NCBI GenBank assembly: GCA_001275005.1
Contig: JWZX01002472.1
Coordinates: forward strand, 1-37,951
DNA from: Chrysochromulina tobinii
Lineage: Eukaryota
Length of the DNA stretch: 37,951 nucleotides
Reading direction: 5' to 3'
A program made the translations under genes and the position numbers. This document shows positions 1 through 8,724 of the stretch, piece by piece. Numbering within the stretch: position 1 is the first letter of the stretch; every line of letters begins with the position of its first letter. The notes under the pieces were generated by a model. That model saw only the letters and a list, made by a program, of their open reading frames with translations, did no database searches and was not told the DNA's origin.

Positions 1-1338
1 GGCGCGCTCAGCGCGCGCGGCGCGTGCGGCACATGCGGCCGCGTGGGCGGCGCGGCGGCGCCATCGGCGCCACATGATCGCGAGCGGCATGCGGCCAACA
101 CGACTGCCGCGGCTGCCTCGCTCGTCGGCGAGCACTCGAAGTAACCCGTCGATGGCCTGCCGTGCGCGCCACGCGCACAGCGCACGCGCGAGTAGGCTGC
201 TGCGCACTCGGCTTGTTCGCGCGCGAAGCGGCCGCACTGCCGCGGTCCACCCGCGCCACATGCGCAGCGCGCGCTGCCTCGGCAGCCATCCGCTGCCAGC
301 GAGGGCCCGAAGCGGTAATCGAAGCGGCCGCGCGGACGCCAGCCGTATGCGCCACGTGCGCAGCGCCCGCGCAAGGGTTTGGACGCCGCGTGAGCCACTC
401 GCCGCTCGCAGAGTCACATCCCGTTCGGCGGCTATCCGCGCGCGCCACACGCGCAGAGTCCGCGCGAGGGTCGCATAGGTGCGCCCCAGTGCGCGCGCGA
501 CCGTCGCATGCCGAGTGTGCACGGCGCGCTGCCAGGCGTACAAAGCGCGGCGCGCGGCCGCCTGGCGCACGCGATGCCCATCGAGCGCCTCCACGTGCGC
601 GCAAAGCTCGAACTGACGCCACGTCGAGAGCGCGCGCGCCACCGTCTGCCGAAACGCACAGGCATCCGCGGCGTCCCCAAATGGTAAGTCCGCCCGAACA
701 GGACCCCGCGGCCCGCCTATGACGATGAGGCAGCGCCGGCGGGCCTCCTGCTGCCGCCGTTCGGCCGCGCGCCGCCGCCATAGCCGCAGCCGACGCGTCA
801 CGGTCCGAGTGCCGGCGATGCCGTCGAGGAAGCGCACGAACTGCTGCTCGGCCGCGTAGCTGAGCCAGACAGTGATGGCGCGCCCGGCGGCGACCCAGGG
901 CGCCTCGCGCGTCGCCGCACCGAGCACGCGCTCGTGTCGCTCGCATCTGCGCCACCGCTCCATGGCGCGCGTCAGCATGGCAAGCGCAAACCACCGTGTA
1001 CCAATCTGCAAGTGTCGTTCGAGGCGCGTGGCCGCCGCCCACACTGCCATGGCCGAAGAGAGCGCCGTCGTCTCGGCGAGCTCGCATGCCAGCGAGGAGG
1101 CGAGCCGATGGACGGCGCCCGCGCTCCGCGGTTGCGGCAGAATGGATGGGCTCGCAGCAGGCATCCCGAGGTCGGGAGAGTCGCCGGTTTGCGGCGAGTC
1201 GGGCACTTGGATTTGGTACGGTGGCGTTGGCGTTGGCAGTCCGAGCTGCGCAGCGGCGGCCTCCAGCCACTCGGGGGTGCCCACCTCTGGCGACTGCGGC
1301 GATCGGAGAGTGTGGAGGAGGCGGCGAAGGTTGCCCAT
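1..1338 (-). CDS. Sfi1-like Trp-periodic repeat protein (putative centrin-binding), 3' end runs off the window
   Basis: Manual translation from ATG at 1338 (MGNLRRLLHTLRSP...) is open to position 1; there is an in-frame stop upstream at 1402-1404. Recurrent xRAL/TLxxWR units: LTRAMERWRR, RRLRLWRRR, ARALSTWRQF, RRALYAWQRA, ARTLRVWRAR, ARALRTWRIR, RALRMWRGW, ARALCAWRAR. Not in the ORF track because no stop lies in the window. Confidence 0.7.
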   Translation of the reverse strand, partial: MGNLRRLLHTLRSPQSPEVGTPEWLEAAAAQLGLPTPTPPYQIQVPDSPQTGDSPDLGMPAASPSILPQPRSAGAVHRLASSLACELAETTALSSAMAVWAAATRLERHLQIGTRWFALAMLTRAMERWRRCERHERVLGAATREAPWVAAGRAITVWLSYAAEQQFVRFLDGIAGTRTVTRRLRLWRRRAAERRQQEARRRCLIVIGGPRGPVRADLPFGDAADACAFRQTVARALSTWRQFELCAHVEALDGHRVRQAAARRALYAWQRAVHTRHATVARALGRTYATLARTLRVWRARIAAERDVTLRAASGSRGVQTLARALRTWRIRLASARPLRLPLRALAGSGWLPRQRALRMWRGWTAAVRPLRARTSRVRSSLLARALCAWRARQAIDGLLRVLADERGSRGSRVGRMPLAIMWRRWRRRAAHAAACAARAARAERA

Positions 1339-1739
1339 TGAACACCGTCCGCCGTGCCGCGCCGTCCCAGTGCGGAGTCCGCCCGGGCTCCCGGGCTTTT
1401 TTCAGGCTGTGAATCCGTGTGTGAAAAGGGAGCGGGCGGGAGCGAAGCAAAGACTTTGTGGACCGCCATGTAGGCAACAACACGCAAGATACACTCGTGT
1501 GGTAACGCGTGCGTTGCGCGGTATGCGTTAGCGTTTGGTTTCGTTAGCCCGGCCCGCAGGCACGCGACACGCACACACTGACTGCCGATCTCGGCGTCGC
1601 GCAAGCGCAGCGTACCATGTGTCGTGCCTGTTGAATTTCTACAACAATGTTAACTTGCAGGTGCTGACTACGTCGGACGGGACTCATCTCTCGGGACTCG
1701 GCAAGAATCACAAGAGCGCCCTCCGGCTTCACCCCTCCC

Positions 1740-3275
1740 TTATGCGCTACCACCAGCGCCACTTCCCGTGGAGTGCCGTGATGATGGCGCGCGTCGCTTG
1801 GGTGCGGGTGGATCCTGCTCTTCCCATGGCTCTTCCGTGAGATCATCCTCGGTCCGAACGCGCTTCTTGGCGTCGGCGAGCTGCTTGCGCAACGCCTCAA
1901 TCTCCGCGTTGGCAGCGGCCTCCTTCGCCTCGGCAGCCGCCTTGGCAGCCGCCTCCTTCACGTTGGCTGCCGATTCCGCCTCAGCGACGGCGGTGGCCAA
2001 TCGTGCCGCCATCTGCTCGGCCATCCGATCGAGCTCTGCCTCGTGGTCCTCGATGCGCCGCCGCAGGTTGAGGTTTGGCACCAGCGCCGTACCGAGCGTC
2101 GCGCGCGTGAGCGGGCTGAGCGGGTGCGGGCCGCGGAGGACCTCCTCAATCGCGCTGCGCTCGTAGGAATGGCCATCGGATGCGACCACTGGGTCCTTCA
2201 TCTTGTCGTACGTGATCGGGCATGTGAAGTCGGCAGGCAGCGGCACGTTCAGCCCGACGGACTCGCGCCGCGCGCGCCGTGCCGCCGCCGTCTGCAGCTC
2301 CTCAAGCCGCGAGCGCACGCGCTCCGTCACCGCCTCGTCCGCCGCGCCGACGGCCGCCGCCGTTGCCAGCGCCGCCTCCAGCGCAACAACAGTCTCACCA
2401 GCCTCAGCACGATGCAGCCGCGCCGTCGCAACTGAACGGAGCTTGCGCTGCAGCTCAGAGAAGGCGTGGAGAGGCGCGGCGGTGTTGGCGACGGCGGCAA
2501 GGATGGCATCGCTGCAGGTGGGGTTACATGCGAGGACGCACAGTGTTTCTGCTGCAGTTATCGCCGCCTCCGACTCAGCCCCCGCATGCAGCAACGCCAC
2601 GAGCGGCGGGATGGCGCCCGCCTCTCGGATGGCGTCTTGGTTGGTGGGGTTGTCGTGGGCGAGGAACCACAACGCGCAAGCCGCATGCTTCGCCGCCTTC
2701 GACTCAGCCCCCGCATGCAGCAACGCCACGAGCGGCGGGATGGCGCCCGCCTCTCTGATGGCGTCTCGGTTGGTGGGGTTGTCGCAGGCGAGGCTCCCCA
2801 ACGCGCCTGCCGCATTCTCCGCCGCCTCCGACTCAGCCCCCGCATGCAGCAACGCCACGAGCGGCGGGATGGCGCCCGCTTCTCGGATGGCGTCTTGGTT
2901 GGTCGGGTTATTGCCGGCGAGGATCCACAACGCACAAACCGCATTCTCCGCCGCCTCCGACTCAGCCCCCGCATGCAGCAACGCCACGAGCGGCGGGATG
3001 GCGCCCGCCTCTCGGATGGCATCGCGGGCAGTATCACTGGTGTCGGAGAGTCTGAGCAGGGTCGATGCAGCCATTGAGGCTCCGCCGCTAAGCTTGAGCA
3101 GCTGCACAAGGCTTGGGATCGCCGGCCGGACGGCCTCACAATCGTCAGCGCTCATGCCAGAGTCAGTGAGCTCATGGAGCTCCTTGGCATGGCGCTCATC
3201 GAAATGGCATCGCTCCTCGGCGTGGCGCTTCAAGGTCGCCGTTACTCGCTCGGTTAGCGGGACGCGGGACGACAT
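1740..3275 (-). CDS. Armadillo-repeat protein with C-terminal U-box (putative E3 ubiquitin ligase)
   Basis: ARM repeats DAIREAGAIPPLVALLHAGAESEAA...; U-box LPADFTCPITYDKMKDPVVASDGHSYERSAIEEVL...SPLTRATLGTALVPNLNLRRRI; coiled-coil tail; ATG at 3275; no intron needed. Confidence 0.92.
   Translation of the reverse strand: MSSRVPLTERVTATLKRHAEERCHFDERHAKELHELTDSGMSADDCEAVRPAIPSLVQLLKLSGGASMAASTLLRLSDTSDTARDAIREAGAIPPLVALLHAGAESEAAENAVCALWILAGNNPTNQDAIREAGAIPPLVALLHAGAESEAAENAAGALGSLACDNPTNRDAIREAGAIPPLVALLHAGAESKAAKHAACALWFLAHDNPTNQDAIREAGAIPPLVALLHAGAESEAAITAAETLCVLACNPTCSDAILAAVANTAAPLHAFSELQRKLRSVATARLHRAEAGETVVALEAALATAAAVGAADEAVTERVRSRLEELQTAAARRARRESVGLNVPLPADFTCPITYDKMKDPVVASDGHSYERSAIEEVLRGPHPLSPLTRATLGTALVPNLNLRRRIEDHEAELDRMAEQMAARLATAVAEAESAANVKEAAAKAAAEAKEAAANAEIEALRKQLADAKKRVRTEDDLTEEPWEEQDPPAPKRRAPSSRHSTGSGAGGSA
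2562..3020 (-). repeat. 129-bp near-identical tandem repeat (43-aa ARM units, about 3.5 copies)
   Basis: gagcggcgggatggcgcccg recurs at 2601, 2730, 2859 and 2988 (period 129). Confidence 0.95.
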
Positions 3276-3508
3276 CAATACACCACACTAACGCTGCTCT
3301 CCAGGGTGTCGCCCCCCCTGGACCGGCCGCATTCGCGCCGTGAACAAAACTTGTTCACACCGCGTGACCTTGAAGCGACGGGCGCGCCTGTTTGCGCTTG
3401 TCATTACTGCTTTTTACTACTCAGGAGTTCGCTCGAGCGCATCGAACAACACAACAGACATCGAACAACACACAACTCCAAGCCCGCTGTGTTTGATGCT
3501 CGTTAGAC

Positions 3509-5419
3509 TCACAGGGACGCGCCCAGCTCCGCCCCATACTGCTGCATCATCTTGCGCATGCCAGCGAGGAAGTCCTCGCCCGCGACGTTCACATCCGCCG
3601 CGCCGTCCCCAGCCTCGAGTGCATCCCCGTCATCACCCCCGGGTTCATGCTCGTCCCCGTGCTGTGGCATCCGCGCGGCGAGGCACGAGAGCTTGGGGGC
3701 CGGCGTGAGGAGCGGCGAGGTGGCGGTGGCCATGGGCGCCTTGAGCGGCGGCGGCTGGCACGCTCCCTCTTCCTCGCCCTGAGCCGCCGCCGTCGTCGCC
3801 GCCGCCGTCTGCTGCTGCCGGCGGCGACGGAGGAGCTTCTGACGAAGCAGAGCAGTCCTCTCACGCTCGAGCCGCTCGGCACGCTGCTCATCGGTCTCGC
3901 GCGCGAGCAGCGCCTCGCGCCGTGCGTGGCGCGCCTGCTGCCTGCCGCGCGCGCCGCGTGCCGCCGCCTGGACCGCTGTCGCCGCGGCATGCGAGGCTGC
4001 CTGACGCGCTGCTACTCGTCGAGTGAGCTCCAGTCTCCGGAAGGCCATCTGCACGGCGGTCGCGGCCTCGAGAGCAGTGCGCCGGCGGCGTGCGTGCTCG
4101 GCAGCCATGCGCCGGCGCGCGTGCGCCTGCAGCACCAGAGCAGCATGCATTTCGATCCGTCGACGGACCACAGCCCGTGCGCCAGCTAACCGACGAGCGC
4201 TCGACTGCAGCTTGATCGCTGCGCCCACGGCCGCGAGGAGATGCGCCTGACGCTCGCGCTGCCGACGCTGGAGGCACGTGGCGGCGCGCGCCTCGACCTT
4301 GTCCGCGAGCAGCACTTCGCGCAGCACGACGATCGCACCCGAGTGCGCGGCGACATCGCGCGAGGCGGGGAGGACTGTCTTGCACACGCGCTGCACGATC
4401 GCAGCGAGCGATCGCCGTCCTGTCGAGTCGAGTGGCTGCAGTTGGCTGATGAGCACCGAGGAGAGCATGCGCCCCCCCTTGGCGCGGAGCAGCTCCACTA
4501 CCATCTCCTCCGTCACCACGCGCGCATGCATGTGCTCACCACGGCGCTGTCCCTCCGCGCCGCCGCTCGGGACAGCGCCGCTCGTCATCGAGGAGCACCG
4601 GGAGGCCTCGGCGGCGGCGGCGCTCGTGAGGGCGCTGGCCTCCCCGTCGGGCGCGTCGCGCAGCATGAGCACGGGCACGAGCTTGCCGTGCCCGTCAAGG
4701 CGCTCCGTCACGCGCGCCACCTCGGCGACCACTCGCGCGAGACGTTTCTTGGCTCCGGCGTCAGCGGGGGAGATGAGCTTGGCGAACTGTGCGGCGCTCA
4801 GGCCGCCCGGGCTCGAGCCGAGCACCTTGCGCACGAGCTCGCGCTCGACTGACGTCACCGGCTGCGCGGCGTCGTCGGGCGACAGCACCGATGCGGGCGA
4901 CGTGCCACCACCGCGCACGACCTTTGCGTCCGACGAGGGCGGCGTGCGCGCACCCTCGCGGCGCAGGCGCAAGATAGGACCGGCGCCCGGCCTGTCCGAG
5001 GCGGCGAGCTCGCCCACGTCCGAGATGGCCGCGACGAGCAGCTGCCGCTCGGCCTCGTCCGCAGGGGCGAAGCGCTCGCGCAGCGCCTGCACGTCCATCT
5101 GCTCGCCAGGCTGGGCCAGCAGCAGTGCACGCACGGCCATGGCGCCGATGGGCAGCGGCGGCGAGTGCGCGGCACTGCTGCCGCGCAGGCGCACCGCCGG
5201 CTCGCCTGCCGGGGTGGTGCGCATGTCGCACAACCTTGAGATCGCCCGCGTCAGCTTGAGCCTCTCGGCGTCGTCGCGTGGAGAGAAGAGGGCGGAGAGC
5301 GCGGCCGCCGGCATCTCGGTGCCCGGCTGCGAGAGTAGTACCTCATGGACGGCCTGCTCGGAGATGGGCAGGTGCTGCGGCGGCACTGGCGGTTGGCGGC
5401 GGGAGGCCATGGCGGGCAT
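3509..5419 (-). CDS. Protein with four tandem RAP74-C-terminal-like winged-helix domains followed by about 5 IQ-like motifs
   Basis: Likely ATG 5419 (MPAMASRR). Repeats begin ISEQAVHEVLL, IGAMAVRALLL, VERELVRKVLG and VTEEMVVELLR, each ending in ...V/L-x-LR. IQ-like motifs AATCLQRRQR, AAIKLQSSAR, AALVLQAHAR, AATAVQMAFR, AATAVQAAARG. The winged-helix assignment is by eye. Confidence 0.75.
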   Translation of the reverse strand: MPAMASRRQPPVPPQHLPISEQAVHEVLLSQPGTEMPAAALSALFSPRDDAERLKLTRAISRLCDMRTTPAGEPAVRLRGSSAAHSPPLPIGAMAVRALLLAQPGEQMDVQALRERFAPADEAERQLLVAAISDVGELAASDRPGAGPILRLRREGARTPPSSDAKVVRGGGTSPASVLSPDDAAQPVTSVERELVRKVLGSSPGGLSAAQFAKLISPADAGAKKRLARVVAEVARVTERLDGHGKLVPVLMLRDAPDGEASALTSAAAAEASRCSSMTSGAVPSGGAEGQRRGEHMHARVVTEEMVVELLRAKGGRMLSSVLISQLQPLDSTGRRSLAAIVQRVCKTVLPASRDVAAHSGAIVVLREVLLADKVEARAATCLQRRQRERQAHLLAAVGAAIKLQSSARRLAGARAVVRRRIEMHAALVLQAHARRRMAAEHARRRRTALEAATAVQMAFRRLELTRRVAARQAASHAAATAVQAAARGARGRQQARHARREALLARETDEQRAERLERERTALLRQKLLRRRRQQQTAAATTAAAQGEEEGACQPPPLKAPMATATSPLLTPAPKLSCLAARMPQHGDEHEPGGDDGDALEAGDGAADVNVAGEDFLAGMRKMMQQYGAELGASL

Positions 5420-5632
5420 CGCCTCGATGACGGGTGCTCCCTTGCAGAACACGAGATGGCAGTTGGTGTTCTTGGTGCGCGATCGTTTCACGCAACTTTC
5501 ACGAATCGAGCCGCGCGATACAAGTACACGTGCTCGCAACAGCGACCTTACGGCGACCTGCCACCGTTTCATGCCCTACTTAACACTTCCGATCGTGAAA
5601 GTCGTGGTGTGTGTATTCATGAAAGTCGCGCC

Positions 5633-6784
5633 ATGGACGTCTCGGCGGCGGCCGAGGGCGTGCTCTGGGTCGACCGGCACCTGCACAAGAATGGTGGCTC
5701 GACGTTGCGCGAGGTGATGCTCCGCAACGAGGAGGCGGGCAACTGCGTCTACTACGGCTACCAGCAGACGGGCGAGGGCTGGGACCGGCTCATGAACGCG
5801 ATGCGGAGCAACGCGAGCGTGGCGGACACTCGTCGGCTCCCGCGCCTGTGCATCGAGGCGCACGCGTCGACGGCGTCGGCCGATTGGACGTCGCGCCGGC
5901 TGCCGGAGCTCATAGGCTTGCGCGAGCACTTTAGCCGCCTCGGCGCGCCCGTCCGCATCGTGGTGACCACGCGGGTGCGCGAGCCGCTCTCCTACTACCT
6001 GAGCTTCTACCGGTGGCGCATCGCGGGGATGCAGCGGCGGGGCAATGTGATTCGGCTCTCGGCGCACAAGAGCGTCATCAACCCGCTCGGCGCCTCCTTT
6101 CTCGAGTGGCGCCCACCGAACCTGCAGTCGATCGGGCTTCTCCACGGCGACGTTGAGCTGTTCGCTGGGCTCAAGGCGGGCGGCTTCCCGGGCGTACGTG
6201 GCGAAGGGCGGCGGCCGCACTCATACTGGCTGCAGCACCACGAGCACAGCCGTGCCGACCATCGCGCACTGTTGCGCGTCCTGCGCTCCTACGACGTCGT
6301 CGCGCCGATGGATCAATTCGATGAGGCTCTGTTGCTGACGACGGACGCGACGCGCCTTGCGCCGCTGCAGGAGAGGAAGCACGTGGCGGTGCGGCCCGAG
6401 CCGCAGGGGATGGACGGCATGCGCCTGGCCGACCACGCCATCTGCCCCGACATGGCCGCGTGCCGCGCACACATCGAGGCGATCGCTCCGTGGGACGTGA
6501 GGCTCTACAAGGCCGTACGTCGGGACTTTGCAGCGCGGGTGCGACGGGAGGGGCCGGCGCTCGAGCGTCGACTGGCGGCGCTGCACGCGGCGCGTGCGCG
6601 CGGCGAGGGCGGCGCGTGCGAGCGCAGCCGCTGCTGCTGCAACGAGCGCCGGCCGTGTTTCAACTTGACCGGGCGCGATCGCGGCCGCTCCCTAGAGCCG
6701 CCGGCGTGTTTGCCGGGCACGCGCAGCCTGCAGAGGCTGGTGGCCACCGACATGCCGGTTGGCTGGTGCTGCGTGAAGCTGTGA
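5633..6784 (+). CDS. Sulfotransferase-family protein (Sulfotransfer_2 / Gal-3-O-ST-like)
   Basis: ATG 5633 (MDVSAAAEG); 5'-PSB-like RHLHKNGGSTLR and 3'-PB-like TRVREPLSYYLSFYRW; Cys-rich C-terminus. Confidence 0.8.
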   Translation: MDVSAAAEGVLWVDRHLHKNGGSTLREVMLRNEEAGNCVYYGYQQTGEGWDRLMNAMRSNASVADTRRLPRLCIEAHASTASADWTSRRLPELIGLREHFSRLGAPVRIVVTTRVREPLSYYLSFYRWRIAGMQRRGNVIRLSAHKSVINPLGASFLEWRPPNLQSIGLLHGDVELFAGLKAGGFPGVRGEGRRPHSYWLQHHEHSRADHRALLRVLRSYDVVAPMDQFDEALLLTTDATRLAPLQERKHVAVRPEPQGMDGMRLADHAICPDMAACRAHIEAIAPWDVRLYKAVRRDFAARVRREGPALERRLAALHAARARGEGGACERSRCCCNERRPCFNLTGRDRGRSLEPPACLPGTRSLQRLVATDMPVGWCCVKL

Positions 6785-6897
6785 TATTTTGTACCCAAAC
6801 TTAGTCACTGAAGATTCGTCAAATTTGGCCGACATTTCGTACGCCTCCGGCGCCGGGAACTCGCGAACCGTCCAGGACGGCTCCTAGTCCGAAGCCG

Positions 6898-7305
6898 ATG
6901 GCGGCGCTCGCCATCAACGTAGCCGATGCCGGCGCTCAACGTAGCGCGGAGGTTGCAGAGCCACCTCGTCACCCCACTCTTCAGACACATGTCAGGGTTT
7001 CGCTTCACCCTTCCAAGCACCTCGCTTCTCTCCCATACACCTTCCACGAGCGAAGGCAACTCATCACGACCGGCGCGGAACCACAGGGCGAACTAGAAAT
7101 CCAGTCAGTCCGGCCCAGGCTCATCTCATCAAGGAGTGACAGTGGCAGCCTCCGCGGGAGTGGAATGCTTGGTAGCCTTTGCGCTGGCGGCTTGCCACTG
7201 AACGCACGCACACGCTTCTACCAGGATGAGCCACCAGAGCAGCCTGCCAGCGACAGCGAAGCTCTCGCCCACCTTCGCGCCGAGTCTCGAAGTAGCTCTA
7301 GATGA
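6898..7305 (+). CDS. Hypothetical protein (135 aa)
   Basis: ATG in good context (gccgATGG) and an open frame; no recognisable motif. Confidence 0.25.
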   Translation: MAALAINVADAGAQRSAEVAEPPRHPTLQTHVRVSLHPSKHLASLPYTFHERRQLITTGAEPQGELEIQSVRPRLISSRSDSGSLRGSGMLGSLCAGGLPLNARTRFYQDEPPEQPASDSEALAHLRAESRSSSR

Positions 7306-7915
7306 TTATGTATTAGATGAAGAAGCCGTCGTGCGTACTCCTCTGGGTCGACATGTCTCGTGCATGCGTTGCGGGTCCACACATGTGCAGTGTCCATGGC
7401 AGTGTCGCACTCCGGGTGCGGCGGGGCGGACGTGCGTCGAGTTGGGGGCTCAGGGGCACATGAGGCCGAGTGAGGACATCTCGCCAGCTCCCTGACAGTT
7501 CATATCTGTCTCAGGTAATTTACACCATACTATCCGCGGTACCGCGCGACTCGGCACTCGCGGCGCGGAGCAGCAGTTCTGTAAACGTCACCATGCACGC
7601 ACGTCGAGAGGGGCCCCGTATACACCTCGTGGCTGTAGCCGTTGCAGCTGTGCGGGTCGCGGGCCGTGACTCATACCAGGAGCCTGCTGTTGTTGTTCGC
7701 AGAGAGACCGCAGCACTTCGACGAGCCTACCCCGTACCATAGCGCAGGCGTCAGCCGGCCGGTCCTGACGGCGAGGCGAGCTTGCATGCTGATTGCGACT
7801 GATGAGCACTGATGGTCTCCCCCATCAGCCGGCTGGTCCTGACAGCGACGCGACCATCCGTGCAGTAGCCGCCATCCGTAGACGCCCTCGCCGCACACGC
7901 GCCTCAGAAAGCGAC

Positions 7916-8576
7916 TCAGAGTGCGACGCCTTTAGCATCCCATCCCTTCTTGGCAAGCTCGGCCGCGATGTAGTTGAGCCGCTTGCCGTTGACGCCGAAG
8001 TCGGAATCGCCGACGCGGCTCGAGGAGCGCACGCCAACGGTCGTCTCCTCGATAGAGAACTCGAGGTCATCCACGAAGGGTTTTCCGCCGTTGAAGAATT
8101 TAGCAAAGTTGCCGATGCCCGAGCGGAACTCAACACGCTGGTAGCTCGGCGTGTCCTCGACCAATGTCCAGCCGCCGAGATCCACGCCGCCCTGGCCCTC
8201 CTGCGGGTACGCCTGCAACGCAGCTCCTGCGCAAGGGGCAAAGCGGACCGAGCCGGGCGTGAGTGGCATGGCGAGCGCAATCACAAGCGTGCCTCTTAGA
8301 GTTCATGAGCACATGCGCACGAAGATCGGCCATGGCAGCCGTTCGGGAGGTGGACGAAGGCCACGTCCACGTCGAGAGCTTCGTCTTGTCCGTGGACGCC
8401 GAGGACCAGCAGTTGTTGGCGCCGCTCGGGCAAGGCTTCAGTGCAGCGTTGGCTGGAGCGAGGCCGATCGCAGCAGCAGTGGCACCGGCAACTGCGGCAC
8501 GGCGAGACACCACGACGGGGATGCGCAACGCGCTCGCAGCGGCGATCACGGCGAGAAGGAAAATGCGGGTCAACAT
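7916..8576 (-). CDS. DUF1499 family protein, probably plastid thylakoid-lumen targeted; exons 8576-8321 and 8226-7916
   Basis: Intron 8320-8227 (GTGCGC...GCGCAG) joins ADLR|AALQAYPQ. Motifs LKPCPSGANNCWSS, FVDDLEF and VRSSSRVGDSDFGVNGKRL; signal peptide followed by SRRAAVAG...ANA (Tat-like). Confidence 0.88.
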
Positions 8577-8724
8577 CGTGCTTCGGAGGTTCGTCGAGAT
8601 GACCGGTTGACGAAATCCTTGGCGAGATGTTTCAACCCAAAGAGACTGGGTTATTGCGTGGCAATGATTTCACGGGTTGGGCTCTTAGCATCACACCGCG
8701 GTCCGGGAAACTGCGGCCCTGGTC

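Noticed and set aside
8..1604. ORF-track entries 8..1483(-), 872..1531(+) and 972..1604(-)
   Set aside because: Arg/Ala/Pro-rich shadow frames of GC-rich DNA; the coherent repeat protein is in the third minus frame starting at 1338.
2203..5717. Long antisense ORFs (2203..3291, 4278..5717; also 12896..13996 and 35635..36501)
   Set aside because: Expected stop-poor antisense shadows of high-GC3 genes; no motifs.
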